A stretch of 64,000 nucleotides of DNA from contig OZ361257.1 in the NCBI GenBank assembly GCA_977018835.1, positions 4,464,001 to 4,528,000 of the forward strand, given 5' to 3'. Every line of letters starts with the position of its first letter. Position 1 is the first letter of the stretch. Below the pieces are notes generated by a model, which worked only from the letters and a program-made list of their open reading frames with translations, searched no databases and was not told the origin of the DNA. Shown piece after piece: positions 1 through 10,942 of the stretch. The stretch comes from Minutocellus sp. GHC0000111 (Eukaryota). Position numbers and translations under genes: made by a program.

Positions 1-1
1 A

Positions 2-1273
2 TGCCGTGTATGTCTTGAGGGAGAAACAGCATGTTCGGACCTCATTGCACCGTGCCTTTGCCGCGGTGGGAGCAAGTGGGTCCATCGCCATTGCCTCGAC
101 ACGTGGCGAACCAACCAGGAAGACCGAGCTTTCTCCAAGTGCACAGAGTGTCTCTTTTATTATCGGTACGAGATGACCTCTAATAAGTCCGAGGCGAGAT
201 GGCGGAGGGCCAAGTACTGTCTGTTTGTTACGCGTGATACATTCTTCGGACTTATGCTGGTCCAACTCGTCATTGCATTACTGGCTTTCACGATTTATTT
301 TATCGACGGACGTGGATCAATGGATATATTGGATGGTTTTGGGTACAACTGCATGAATACGACCATTGGAGGCGGCGAGGATGGACACGGAGATACTGGT
401 TTGGACACCGAAGATTTTGGATTCTGGTGCCACCACATCCTCAGTTTGTACTATGCTCCCGGGCTTATCGCTCTTCTCGTTGTGCTTGGAGTGCTTGGCT
501 GCACGGTATTTTGTACAAGCGGGTGTAGCGTGTCACGCGCAATGGCATTTGAACCATGCGCAGAAGTGAGCACAACAACTGCTGCTGGAGACACAGAGAC
601 CAGAGGCACACACGTGTATTCAGGTCAAGAGAATTCCAAAGTTGGTAGTGCGCCATCTCCACCTCTCAAACAGCAAATCGCGAATGAGGAAGATAAAGAA
701 CCAACGACGCAATTTGAAGAAGCATTGCCTTCAAGGGAAGTGTCTGCGAATAACGGATGGACGTGCACAGGCGATTGCTGTTGTTGTCCTACGGGCAGCT
801 CGAGAGGCGGAGTTGATCTCGACTGCTGTTGCTGTTGCTGCAATAGCGGCAACGACTGTAATATCGATGGCGACGGAGGTGACTGTGCAGGAGTTTGTTT
901 CATCATTGTTGTCATCACTATTGGAATTCTGGCAACAGTTGGCATCTTCGTTGGAATTGTGATGTCTGTAGTATTGTTTCAACGGATAACTCAACGGCAC
1001 ATCCATCATTTACAAAAGAAACGTCTCGTCGCAGAATTTCGCGTGCTAGATTTGGACGGGTGCGATGCATCTTTACTTGCTGCTGAACATGATGATGGCG
1101 AGGCCCAACGATCTGGCGAAATAATGCATGTTGCACCGTTGGAAGACCATTTGGAGTCTGATGATGCATGTGCCGGTAGCCTGCCATCTCTTCATAACGA
1201 CGACATCGTGCATCTGACAATTTCCAACGCAACTCGTGCTCGATATCGGTTTTCATTGAGACGAGAAAGATAA
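2..1273 (+). CDS. RING-CH (RINGv/MARCH-type) membrane E3 ubiquitin ligase, 5' end outside window
   Basis: The frame from nt 2 reads CRVCLE..LIAPCLCRGGSKWVHRHCLDTW..FSKCTEC (C4HC3 RING-variant). It is in frame with ORF 173..1273, which has TM helices and a Cys-rich segment. Confidence 0.88.
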   Translation, partial: CRVCLEGETACSDLIAPCLCRGGSKWVHRHCLDTWRTNQEDRAFSKCTECLFYYRYEMTSNKSEARWRRAKYCLFVTRDTFFGLMLVQLVIALLAFTIYFIDGRGSMDILDGFGYNCMNTTIGGGEDGHGDTGLDTEDFGFWCHHILSLYYAPGLIALLVVLGVLGCTVFCTSGCSVSRAMAFEPCAEVSTTTAAGDTETRGTHVYSGQENSKVGSAPSPPLKQQIANEEDKEPTTQFEEALPSREVSANNGWTCTGDCCCCPTGSSRGGVDLDCCCCCCNSGNDCNIDGDGGDCAGVCFIIVVITIGILATVGIFVGIVMSVVLFQRITQRHIHHLQKKRLVAEFRVLDLDGCDASLLAAEHDDGEAQRSGEIMHVAPLEDHLESDDACAGSLPSLHNDDIVHLTISNATRARYRFSLRRER

Positions 1274-1308
1274 AAACAAAAGTCCATTGCATTCCAAATA
1301 TTGACGAT

Positions 1309-2052
1309 ATGGTTGAAGCGAATCATCTATCGGCTGCTGAGCTGCATGCCGCGATGGGAACTGCAGAGATGCCCCCTCTTGGTGGTGGTGATGGAGGTGG
1401 AGTTGTTCGCCCTCCTTGGCCCAACACCGCAGGAGTCACAGCAGCCGTCTCTCCTCCAGGAATGTCAATTGTGGTCCCACAGATGACGACTCTACCACCT
1501 CATGGTAGCATGTTGCTCCCTTCGTTTACCGGCGGCGGCCTTCTGCCAAATGTACCTCGAGTATCTCCTCCGCATTTCATTCCCAATACTTTACCCCATC
1601 CTGTGCCGGCCGGCGGTGCATCACTCCAGCAATTTGCTGCCATGTACCCCCCTCAGCAGTTGCCACCTCAGTTCCACCATGCGTATCATCAGGCCTCTGC
1701 TATGAGACCATCGCCTCAGCTCTCCCACGAGGTGCAGATGCAGCTCCAGAACCGGCAGCAGGCGGCATCGGCTCGGTTCCTTTCAAGCAATGCGACGGAC
1801 GTGTTTGCTCAGGCAGAAACCATGCATCTGATGGCCGTCAAGCGTGTGCACATCGACAAGATGAAGAAGGACATGACGGGTGACAGTGGTATGAATTCTG
1901 CGGTATCTGCTTCTGCCACATCATTTTCTGGTGCAGGTGCTGATGGTATGGCAGCCATGCAGAAGAAGAATGAGGAGCGCCTGGAAGCGGCCGCTTCGAT
2001 GGCTGCCATGGAGGCCTTGAGCTCGGCGGCCACGGCGGAATCAACGAAGTGA
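1309..2052 (+). CDS. Hypothetical Pro/Ala/Met/Gln-rich low-complexity protein (copy A)
   Basis: 247-aa ATG ORF with protein-like composition. A possible GTGAG donor at 2049 may lead to a further exon. Confidence 0.55.
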   Translation: MVEANHLSAAELHAAMGTAEMPPLGGGDGGGVVRPPWPNTAGVTAAVSPPGMSIVVPQMTTLPPHGSMLLPSFTGGGLLPNVPRVSPPHFIPNTLPHPVPAGGASLQQFAAMYPPQQLPPQFHHAYHQASAMRPSPQLSHEVQMQLQNRQQAASARFLSSNATDVFAQAETMHLMAVKRVHIDKMKKDMTGDSGMNSAVSASATSFSGAGADGMAAMQKKNEERLEAAASMAAMEALSSAATAESTK

Positions 2053-2292
2053 GCTTGATTGATACAATGACAAAAGAAAAATAGAGCCCTCGGAATGTTC
2101 GAAGTCAGGGTTGATCTTTAGCTTTCCGAGTTTATCTAATATCCATGATGAAGAGGGATACGCCCATATATACGCCACGGACCAACATGCACGCCAAACG
2201 AGATTAGATACATACATAAAAGTAAAAAGTACTTTTATCCATTTTTGATATGCATTTGGCATTGTATCTTCGTTTTTATGTTAGACTATGGA

Positions 2293-4167
2293 TCATATAC
2301 CCTCCGACTCAAAGGTAAGTTGGATCATCTCGTCACTTTCCTTGCTGCCCAGTTGGTTCATATTTCTCGCTGGCTGCGTCGCTACGTCCACAAAGGTACC
2401 GATCACTCGGGCCGGTACACCAACGGCGACGGAATGATCCGGAAGATCCTCGATGACGAGCGTCCCGGCACCAACTTGGCATCCGTCGCCTATACGAATG
2501 TTGCCCAGGGCCGAGCATCCGGCGCCGAGAAGGACTCCATTTCCTACCTTGGGATGACGATCGACGCCCTTCTTGCCAGATCCGCCAAGCGTAACGTGGT
2601 GCAATATGGAGCAGTTGTGACCAACCTGCGCCGTTTCGCCGATCACAATGCCGGTTCCATGATCCAGCATCACGCCTTCGAGAATGGTCGCATTTGGATG
2701 GATATCAATCTGGAAGGTTTGCGACACCTGAGATTGTAAATAATGAGCAAGCGTGGTTCGTCCTGTCTTCCACAGATGGTTGGCAACGCGATAGCTCTCA
2801 AGCGAGTGGAATCCTTTAAAATAAAGAAAAACATCCGGCAGATGTTCACATGCCGGGTCACGATCTCTCACTGCCAAGATATCGGCTCTCAAACTTCGTC
2901 GGAATGTCGGTGAGGCATCCAAAGCCTCCTTGATGAGGGTCATGATCTGGGTGGCAATCATGGCCGGAGCTGAGAGCTTGTTGGCGAGATGAAAAGCCAG
3001 GGCTGATTCGAGGGTGGGATGGTTCAGGATGGTGGAATGCAGGAAACTGACCAGAATGGGCTCACGGATTGCCTCCTCGTTGGCTTCGTAGCGCATCAAA
3101 TCCCACACCAGATCTATGCTGTTGTCCGGATCGTAGACAGAAAGGGGCACTGAAAGGTCAATATCCTCAAAGGGAACAGGTCCGTCGCTGCTGGAAGAGA
3201 TACTTGTCGACTCATGAATATGCTCTTCGGCATCATCAATGTCGGTTTCATCATGCAGTAGTGCATTCACATATGCCGAGGCCGCTGCTTCCACAGCTTC
3301 ATCGTCAACGTGGTGTTCATGGAGAGACTTGTCGCCCTCAACTTCTTTTGTAGAAGGCACTGATGATGGATCAGTTGAGCCACCATCGATATGCGCACCG
3401 ACCAGGCCGCTGCTCTTGGTATCATCCTCAATCTCATCCCAACTGTCGACACGATGCGGAGGCCTCTCTCCCGTCTTGTCGTCGGCTGTTGCTTTCGCAG
3501 ATCTTGACCTTTTCGGCTCATCCTTGCCCTTCTCCACGCGGCTCAAACCAGACAAGGACGTCGTCCCGCCGCTTCCGGTGGCTCGACTTAGGAACTCCCC
3601 ATCGTCGCCCTTGGCAATGAGCTTCCGAGTCCGACGTCGCTCGGCACCGGCCACAATTGGAGAATTCTTGTTCATTCCCAAATCATATCGGGCCGTCTTC
3701 TTCTTCTTTGGCGCTGACTTCGTCTTGTCATCGTCGCCATTCGGTTGCTTGCTGCTCTTGTCGTACACTTGTGGTGCAGTCGGCACCCGCGGCTTTTGTG
3801 AACCCGAACGACTGTCCTGCGAGTATCCCGCACCCCAGAAATCAACGTAGCTCATTTCACCTACTGTGGCATCGCTATCGGCCGTGGAATTGCCAGCAGC
3901 ATTCTTCCGCAAATGATCCAAAGGTTTGTTCTGGCCCGAGCCAAGATCATACGAAACGCTTCGTTTGCTCTTCTTCTTCTGATCCTTTTTGGACATATCT
4001 TGTGCTGGTTCTGCATCTGGAATAGAATTGTCGGATGCTTTGGAATGTGAAGAGACGCCGTGTCCTACTCCCCAATTCTGTGTAAATGCGTGAGCCGATG
4101 GAGTTGACCATATCAACAATAGAAGCAGAATTGAAGGTGCACCAAGTTTGGAGAACGATGCTGTCAT
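2293..4167 (-). CDS. cysE: Serine O-acetyltransferase, plastid-targeted, with long disordered N-terminal extension (copy A)
   Basis: RDRDPAC, FKGFH, IDIHP, LDHGTGIVIGETA, TLGGSGK, DRHPKVG hexapeptide domain and a C-terminal Ile. The ORF-track start is TTG; the likely ATG at 4167 gives a signal peptide ending AHA-F. Confidence 0.95.
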   Translation of the reverse strand: MTASFSKLGAPSILLLLLIWSTPSAHAFTQNWGVGHGVSSHSKASDNSIPDAEPAQDMSKKDQKKKSKRSVSYDLGSGQNKPLDHLRKNAAGNSTADSDATVGEMSYVDFWGAGYSQDSRSGSQKPRVPTAPQVYDKSSKQPNGDDDKTKSAPKKKKTARYDLGMNKNSPIVAGAERRRTRKLIAKGDDGEFLSRATGSGGTTSLSGLSRVEKGKDEPKRSRSAKATADDKTGERPPHRVDSWDEIEDDTKSSGLVGAHIDGGSTDPSSVPSTKEVEGDKSLHEHHVDDEAVEAAASAYVNALLHDETDIDDAEEHIHESTSISSSSDGPVPFEDIDLSVPLSVYDPDNSIDLVWDLMRYEANEEAIREPILVSFLHSTILNHPTLESALAFHLANKLSAPAMIATQIMTLIKEALDASPTFRRSLRADILAVRDRDPACEHLPDVFLYFKGFHSLESYRVANHLWKTGRTTLAHYLQSQVSQTFQIDIHPNATILEGVMLDHGTGIVIGETAQVGHNCSILHHVTLGGSGKKGVDRHPKVGNGVLLGAGCSALGNIRIGDGCQVGAGTLVIEDLPDHSVAVGVPARVIGTFVDVATQPARNMNQLGSKESDEMIQLTFESEGI

Positions 4168-4432
4168 CGTCGTACTTCTTCGTCGCTTGTTGCTTTGTTG
4201 GTTCTTCCTTGATCGTATCTCTTGTGGATCCGAAGCCGATATGGGGTTTGTCATGCTTTCAATGGAGGGCAAGTAAATGCAAGATAGACAATTGATTGCG
4301 ATATTGCTATGGAATAGGCGGTGAGGTGGCTTTCATTTTGTTCTCTGCCACAGAAAATGCCGCCTGCTCGAAAATTTCGGATGGCCGGACAGACCGTTCG
4401 CGCAACCGCCACCGCTACCGTCCCTGCCCTAA

Positions 4433-5802
4433 GAGGCAGTCCAAACAAGAGAGTTTTTGAGGGAAGCGAAAAACAGCCACGCAGAAAACTTCCTTGGAAA
4501 TTCGAGAGGGAAAAGCCCGTCCAAAGCGATCGAGGCCGAAACGAAAAAGAGGCAAGGATAAAATACGAAGTGCTTGGCCAGACACTGGGCAAACCGATCG
4601 CGGAGACGATGATGCCAGGCGTTGGATGCATGTACCAGATAGATAGTATGATAAAATATATACTCCTAGTTATATTTTGAAGCAAGATGCGCAACAATCA
4701 GCCACCACTATTCTCGTGTTCGAGCAGTCAGCACAACACGTTTGCCCGTCCGCTACGTGTAGATCTAGTTGTGCCAACGATGGCGAGACCTCCTCGTTCT
4801 CGACGTGGTCGTACCTCATTTGCTCGTGATAGACGAAATGATCGATTCTCTCATCTTGCAACGCTTGTAATCGTTCTTGATGAGGAAGAAATGGAACATC
4901 TCGGTTCGAAACTTGGTTGTAAAAACATACCAAGAGTTCGGAAAAGCGTTGAGAAGATGATTCTCGAGCTCGGCATCAGCGCAAGAAAGGCATTGCGAAT
5001 GGACCCCCATGTCTTCTACCAACTCCATGATGTTCTCGAGGCTGATGTTGCTGCAAAGTTCAGTTCTCGAAAGGCTGGCGATACCACTGAGGGTCAATTC
5101 GCTCCCAACGGTTTGGTGTCAACCAAGCTTCGGCTAAGTTGCGCCATACGATACTTCGCCGGCGCAGCCGTGTACGATCTCATCCTTACTCACGGCGGTC
5201 GAGGTGATGGGGGCCTGGGCGGTAAGCAACAGTACTTTGTGGCACGATGAAGCGGCAGATGTTCTCAGTGAGGGTAGAAGTAGAGCACATGCTACATCGG
5301 ACAGGTTCAAACTTGTTGACTGAATAGTTGAATGAAAGGATGGTCAAACCATCCTCGTCGGCATCGGATGCGGCGGTAGCACCGCCCGCTGCTGCGGAAG
5401 CGGAAGCGGCGGCCGCCTCTGACGCCTCTGTCCGCGTGTTTGCCATGACGGCGGCGGCCTCTGGTAGCAGACGCACAAGATACGGTGCACAGAAGGCCGG
5501 GCAAGGATACAAAGCCAGATGCGGGATGGGCCTGAAATAAATGGCTCAACATTGTGAAGGAGAGCGTGATGGGCGGACTCCGATCGATACCGCCCATTTT
5601 CACGCGGAAAGAGGAGCTTGGCTCTTTCTCCGCCCCTCTCAAAGACGTTTGTCGACCTTGGAGCGAACCGCATTTCATCGAAGACCTCCGGGTGCTTTTG
5701 GAAAAACATCGAAGTTGATCAACGTCTTGAAGTACACAAAACCATTACCTACTTGCCTCAAATTTGCACTTCCCCCAAAAACTCTCTTGTTTGGACCGCC
5801 TC
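4433..5802. mobile_element. Internally deleted PIF/Harbinger DNA transposon (copy A)
   Basis: 40-bp TIRs: GAGGCAGTCCAAACAAGAGAGTTTTTGAGGGAAGCGAAAA versus the right-end reverse complement GAGGCGGTCCAAACAAGAGAGTTTTTGGGGGAAGTGCAAA. TAA direct repeats at 4430-4432 and 5803-5805. Contains a transposase fragment. Confidence 0.9.
4687..5250 (+). pseudogene. Truncated Harbinger transposase N-terminus/HTH region (copy A)
   Basis: RMDPHVFYQLHDVL...VSTKLRLSCAIRYFAGAAVYDL resembles the Harbinger/HARBI1 HTH. The ORF ends before any DDE domain. Confidence 0.72.
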
Positions 5803-5818
5803 TAACGTGCCAGGAAGG

Positions 5819-7003
5819 ATGAGCGATGCCGATGATCCCTTTGCCTGCTTCGGCGGCGACGATAGCAACGGCGAAGACGATGCGTCGATTGAAGCGGCCG
5901 CCGGTGGTGCGGCTAACACCGACAAGAAAGAAGAAAATGGAGCCGACGCCACCCAAATAGAAGAAATCAGCAGGGAGGCCATTCAAGCCCAGCGTCTGCG
6001 TCAGGAGGCAGAGGCGCGCCAAACCTACGCCAAACTTGCGTCGTCGCCCTCCAGCATCCAACCATTGCACACCTCCGAACCTGAGAAATATGCCAATCGA
6101 TTTGAGGTATACGAATGCTCCCACGAGGATGGTTACGACACCGGTCAGAAGGGGGTGCGGGCCACCAAATCTTACAAGGTCGGGGAGGAGATACTGAGAG
6201 AATATCCCGCCATGAGGGTGTGCACGTCGCATCCGGCGTCGAGTCCCGAGGAGGCCGAGGACAAGTTCCGACGGGCGGTCCAGGAGTCATATGATGCCTG
6301 TTCGGAGATTACCAAAGCTGCTATTATGGAGCTTTCGTCGTGCAGAGAGGACAATGCACCCGGCGGAGAGAAGACGCTGCATGCCATCTTCAGCACCAAC
6401 ACCTATGCTCTTGGCCAAGGGGCCACCTACGGAGGACTCTTCTTGTCGCTGAGCCGATTGAATCATTCCTGCCGGCCCAATTGCGTGCACCACTGGCGAC
6501 CCGATAAGCACTGCATGATCGTCCATGCGGTTCGGGACATTGAGGAAGGAGAGGAACTCTATACGTGCTACGGCCCGGGAGATTGCCGTCTAACGAGCGA
6601 ACGGCAGGAATATCTAGTCGAGAGGTACAATTTTCGGTGCCTCTGTGGCATGTGCCAAGAGGGATCGGATGTGAAGAACGATGGAGATAAGCTTGAGTAT
6701 GAGCGGATCAATCGATTTCACGACAATTTGCCCATGCTCACGTCGCGCGATCCTGAAAAGGCCATTGCCAAGGTGGAGGAGTGTTTGGAATTGCTGCAAC
6801 AGCTGCAAATGGGAGAGGCACATTTCATACCAATCCTTCACTTTGGTTACGTTATTGCACGAGACGGGCTGCGTGATCTAGACCAAGGTCGGTCGTATCT
6901 GAAGAGAGAAGTGACGGCTTTGGAGCACAGCCAAGGCAGTGACAGCTATGGGGCAATCGACGCTCGAGAACTACTGAACAAAGTTGAAAGAGAGCTTGGC
7001 TGA
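5819..7003 (+). CDS. SET-domain (SMYD-like) lysine methyltransferase (copy A)
   Basis: KGVRATK, SRLNHSCRPN, AVRDIEEGEELYTCY and post-SET FRCLCGMC, followed by a helical C-terminus. First in-frame ATG is at 5819. Confidence 0.9.
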   Translation: MSDADDPFACFGGDDSNGEDDASIEAAAGGAANTDKKEENGADATQIEEISREAIQAQRLRQEAEARQTYAKLASSPSSIQPLHTSEPEKYANRFEVYECSHEDGYDTGQKGVRATKSYKVGEEILREYPAMRVCTSHPASSPEEAEDKFRRAVQESYDACSEITKAAIMELSSCREDNAPGGEKTLHAIFSTNTYALGQGATYGGLFLSLSRLNHSCRPNCVHHWRPDKHCMIVHAVRDIEEGEELYTCYGPGDCRLTSERQEYLVERYNFRCLCGMCQEGSDVKNDGDKLEYERINRFHDNLPMLTSRDPEKAIAKVEECLELLQQLQMGEAHFIPILHFGYVIARDGLRDLDQGRSYLKREVTALEHSQGSDSYGAIDARELLNKVERELG

Positions 7004-7104
7004 GTTCCAGATGCCGTCGGTAAAAGGTACACAGCAGACGTAAGCTATTGAGGTACATCTTAAGGTAAGGAAAGTATACCTACATACGTAGCTACAGTAC
7101 ATCG

Positions 7105-8917
7105 CTATCCCTGCTGCTGATACTTCTTCATTGCATCCAGTAGCAATCGTTGTTCGACATCGGTTCCGCCCTTTGGTGTTGTGGTTTCTACTGCCTCGGA
7201 GCTCTTCGCTGTGGCGGTCGCACTTGCCTCGGCTAGGATATCCAAAGCAGTTTGAGGCTGGGGAGCTGGGGCGGCGCCATTTCCAATAGGAAGTGACGGA
7301 GTCGCCTGCTGGCCCACAACCTTGGCAGCTGCCATCAGCTCCAACGCCTTGAGCCTGTCTTCTTGCTCCTTTTGCACTTGCGCTGCCCTTGCCCTGCTCA
7401 TTTCCTCCTGCTTTTGTTTCATCATGGCCGCGGTGGCAGGGTCGAGCCCTCCGTCACCCTGCGCAGCCATTAGCTCGAGGGCTTTGAGACGTTCTTCTTG
7501 CTCTCGCTGCAGCTGAGCCGCTCGGGCCTGACACATTTGGTCTTGCACCGCCTTGATTTGTGCCGGATCGGTCGGTACTCCGGGAATGGGAACGCTCGCA
7601 GCGGATGCGCTTGATACGCTCGCGCTGCTCTTGGCTGCGGCCAAACCCCCAAGCGTTTTGAGCCGATCCTCTTGTTCCTTCTGCAATTGTTCTCGGCGGG
7701 CACGTATGGCGGCCTCCTGTTGAGCCAAAATAGCGTCCTCGAGGCGGTGCTGTGCCATGATTTCTTCAGCTGTCTTGGGCCCACCGATCGATGCATTGCC
7801 GATCATGGCGCTATATTGTGCCGCGGCCTGTGCCTGTGCAGCAGCTACTGCCGCCTCAACCGCCGAGGAAGACTTTTCAGCCACTGCTGTATTGACCCCC
7901 AGCAGTTCCGATGCGCCTCCAATGTTGATGCTGGTGGGTACCGCCGACGACTTGCCACCGGAAGCAGCACCAGCTTCGCTCATGCTGTGATCGTCGTCGT
8001 CAAACCCGAGCCCGCTGACGGCACTGCCATACGATGTCCGTCGCGTCGCGCTGACTCTGCGCTGAGCCTGCTGGAATTGCGTCCCACTTCCCCGCCGGCC
8101 GCCCGAGGCGCTGAGCCGGCCGGCGCCGCTCACTCTACCGGACAGACTGGCCCGCCCTCCGGTGCTGGTGCGGGATCCACCCCCGCCAAAGGCAGCGGCG
8201 GCCCTCATGATGGCCATGTCGTCGTCGTCATCGTCACCGGACACTGTATACGACCCTCGCCTGGTAGTGCCCAAGGTCAGCCGCTCGGTGGCATTCGCTA
8301 GAGCATCCCGGGCACCACTGGTCCTTCGAACGGGTTTGTCAGTGGTCACCGACCCATAACTGCCCCGTCGTTTCGCGGCATTGTCGGCCTGCGTCCTGAG
8401 CTCCTTGTCGCTGTAGTGACAATTCATCTTGACGCACAGCGTCGGATCATCCCTCACGAACAATTCGTGATGGTACGACCCCTTGTCGGGACCCTTGGTG
8501 ATCTGCCGAAACCCCCATCGGTACAGCTTGCGGGTGAAGGATTTGAATTTGGTGGACTTGAAGTATCTGGCCAGGACCTCGGAGGAGAAGGCGTCGGGAT
8601 CGGTAATGACAAAGGCCTTGCCGTGCGGCATCCAATGGATGCTGGTGGAGTAGGTTGGGGAGTTCGGGTCCGACGTTGCCGTTTGCGTCATGTCCTGTGA
8701 TATAGGGGGAGGTTTAGGATGGAATGTGTAAATGAGTCAAACTTTGTATGAAGCGAATCGAATCTTCATACCGATGATTAAATTGCAGACATCAAATACA
8801 TAGTATCTTTGCAATCCGGTATCATATTATGAGAAACCAATAACAGGTTCGTGCACTCCTTCTTCCGAACCAATCATTGGTGAAACAAAAGTGCCACTCA
8901 CCATGAGCTTCTCGGGA
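7105..8917 (-). pseudogene. HSF-type transcription factor, copy A, 5'-truncated by deletion (exon 2 intact, 7105-8694)
   Basis: HSF DNA-binding domain (IHWMPHGKAFVI..YFKSTKFKSFTRKLYRWGF). Only PEKLM of exon 1 remains; the start codon and promoter seen in copy B are missing. Confidence 0.8.
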
Positions 8918-9770
8918 CTACACACAGATTCCTCGAGGAAGTCGGCGGTCATCTTTCCCGCTTTTCGCACGATGCCAGTACTGTTCCTAAACAACGAAAA
9001 ATCACAATCAGTATAGTTGGAGGTTATGAAAGGTCGCTGATTACTCCTAATAATGAGTTCGTTCGCTTGTAAGATGTCTTTGACCCTGGTGCGGAAAGAA
9101 TTGTCAGCAAATCGATGAAAAAATGCCAGAAAATTCTGACAATTCTTGTTGGACGTCGACATCCACGAAAGATCGGGCTTACAACTCCACAAGTAAAACT
9201 CGAAGTTGATATCGCTAGTATAGAGACACGTATACCTGGTGGATCTTTATGGGTAGTAAAGGTGGTAGAATAGCTTGCTTGGCTTTTTGTAGCCATATTC
9301 CCTGCTTCAACCAGGCAAAAATCCAAGAATCTGTTAGGGAAACATTACATGCACATGCCTACTTGAGAGCCAAGTGTAGGAGAAAACTACCACCCAAGTC
9401 ACAGATACCTCATATCCACTATACCAGAGGATAGTCTATGATTCTATGTTTGCGGTTGGACTTTCAAGATAAAGATTTGATGCTCACAATTCGCAAGGAT
9501 TCCTAGATTTTTGACGACGCCGACCACCGGAGGCTATCTTGAGAATCAACTACTAGTAGAATAAAAAGCCTGAGCACGCGTTCAATGCATGTTTAGTGCT
9601 GATGCGGTGATGTTCTAGTGGCTAACGCAAGCTCAGGGAGGGGGGGTACCCATCTGCGCGCATAGAGATAGTTTGCTAGATTTCCTTTGTTCCGGCACGT
9701 AGTCAGATTCGTGTGGATAGTTGCGCTACAGCAGATGGCCCGGGTGCCCCGATGAGTTGAATGCGAGCAG

Positions 9771-10031
9771 AAGCATGTTGTTATTAACATGTTGGAATCA
9801 GATGGCGAGATTACTAGCAGCATGTGTTCGAAGCATTCGGAACCGATGTCGGAGGTGCTTAGCAAGTACGAGAAACGAAAGAAAGTAGACTCAGGCACCT
9901 ACAGGTATCTAATGGACGGCGAGCGCGTGTCACCCAAAAGTGAGAACATGAAGACAGTCGGTGGTTATGCTTTAGAGTACGAGTCAGACGGCGTGTTGCA
10001 GTTGACCTGTTTTACCGAGCAGGTGGGTGGA
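9771..10031 (+). pseudogene. SUMO-like (ubiquitin-fold) domain within ORF 9789..10178 (copy A)
   Basis: KHVVINMLESDGEI..PMSEVLSKYEKRKKVDSGTYRYLMDGERV...EQVGG follows the SUMO pattern (H.NL...DG..., L.KLM..Y..R..V....FLFDG.R, Q.GG). A stop lies upstream at 9753. Confidence 0.6.
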
Positions 10032-10732
10032 AGTTTTGTAGCCTTTGATCCTGAGACGGTGACTCGACACGTGTGCAATTGGTGGAGATCGCCAAATATT
10101 TCCAGCAGCTTCGCTTCGGCGACGTTCTCAATGTCGCTGGGGTTAACTCCTTCAACGAAGGGAGTGAGATCGACGTAAAATGCGATAGTTTCGATGTTGT
10201 ACGTTCGGCCCTGTGAGTTCGGCGTCGTCTTTTTGGGTGCGTTCTTTCCGTGAGGATGACGACGGCAGACAACCGTGTGGAGAGTTTCGGATGTCTGACG
10301 GAGATGGGCCAGCTCCTCGACACTGAAGCAAGCAGCATTGAAAGCAACGGGCATGGCGGACGCCTTGTGCTGCCAGTGCTGCTTGTTGGTGGCATTGACG
10401 AGATCCAGTACTCCAGTGGCACTGACACGGCCATCTTTGACATGAACGCCGGTGCAGCTGACGTAGAAGAAGTGGTTAGGCCCTCCGTCTGCCAACTCCT
10501 GCGCCATTTAAGCCTGCTGGTCAACCATTTCTTGGACCATGCTGAAGTCGACGGTGGCGTTCTTGAGATCGAACTTTTTCTTCGGCTTCATCTGCTTGGC
10601 CAGTTTTCCTGCGGCATTGGCGTAGGGATTAGGAGTATGAACGTTTTGATATGCTGCGGGTGGTGAGTATGGTTTGATGTGCCGCTGCGGTTTGATTGCT
10701 GCTGCGGCTTGATATGCTGGTTGTTTTGACAT
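9965..10732 (-). pseudogene. Unknown ORF interrupted by one in-frame TAA (10508-10510) (copy A)
   Basis: ORFs 10508..10816 and 9965..10507 are contiguous in the same frame. ATG at 10732. Confidence 0.5.
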
Positions 10733-10860
10733 GCTGCGGATTTGATGAGGCCGATTTGATATCGATATGCTGGCGCGTGACTCATTGAATCTGAAGCACT
10801 CCCTTTTAAAATACAAAAAGTCAAATCCAAACTTTCCCCACGACGGGGAGTACCTGCTTC

Positions 10861-10942
10861 CACTTGTGAGATCTTTGTTCCGAATGCTGGCTTGCTTTCA
10901 CTTCACTTGTGAGATCTTTGTTCCGAATGCTGGCTTGCTTTC
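10861..10942. repeat. Tandem direct repeat, 39-bp identical unit, period 43 (also at 47635-47716)
   Basis: CACTTGTGAGATCTTTGTTCCGAATGCTGGCTTGCTTTC at 10861 and 10904. Confidence 0.95.

Noticed and set aside
2245..8700. Many 60-210 aa ORFs antisense to or overlapping SAT, SET and HSF (and similar ORFs elsewhere)
   Set aside because: Shadow ORFs of real genes, often with non-ATG starts and no recognisable motifs.
10861..10942. CRISPR-like repeat
   Set aside because: Only two units with a 4-bp spacer, no cas genes, and a eukaryotic context.
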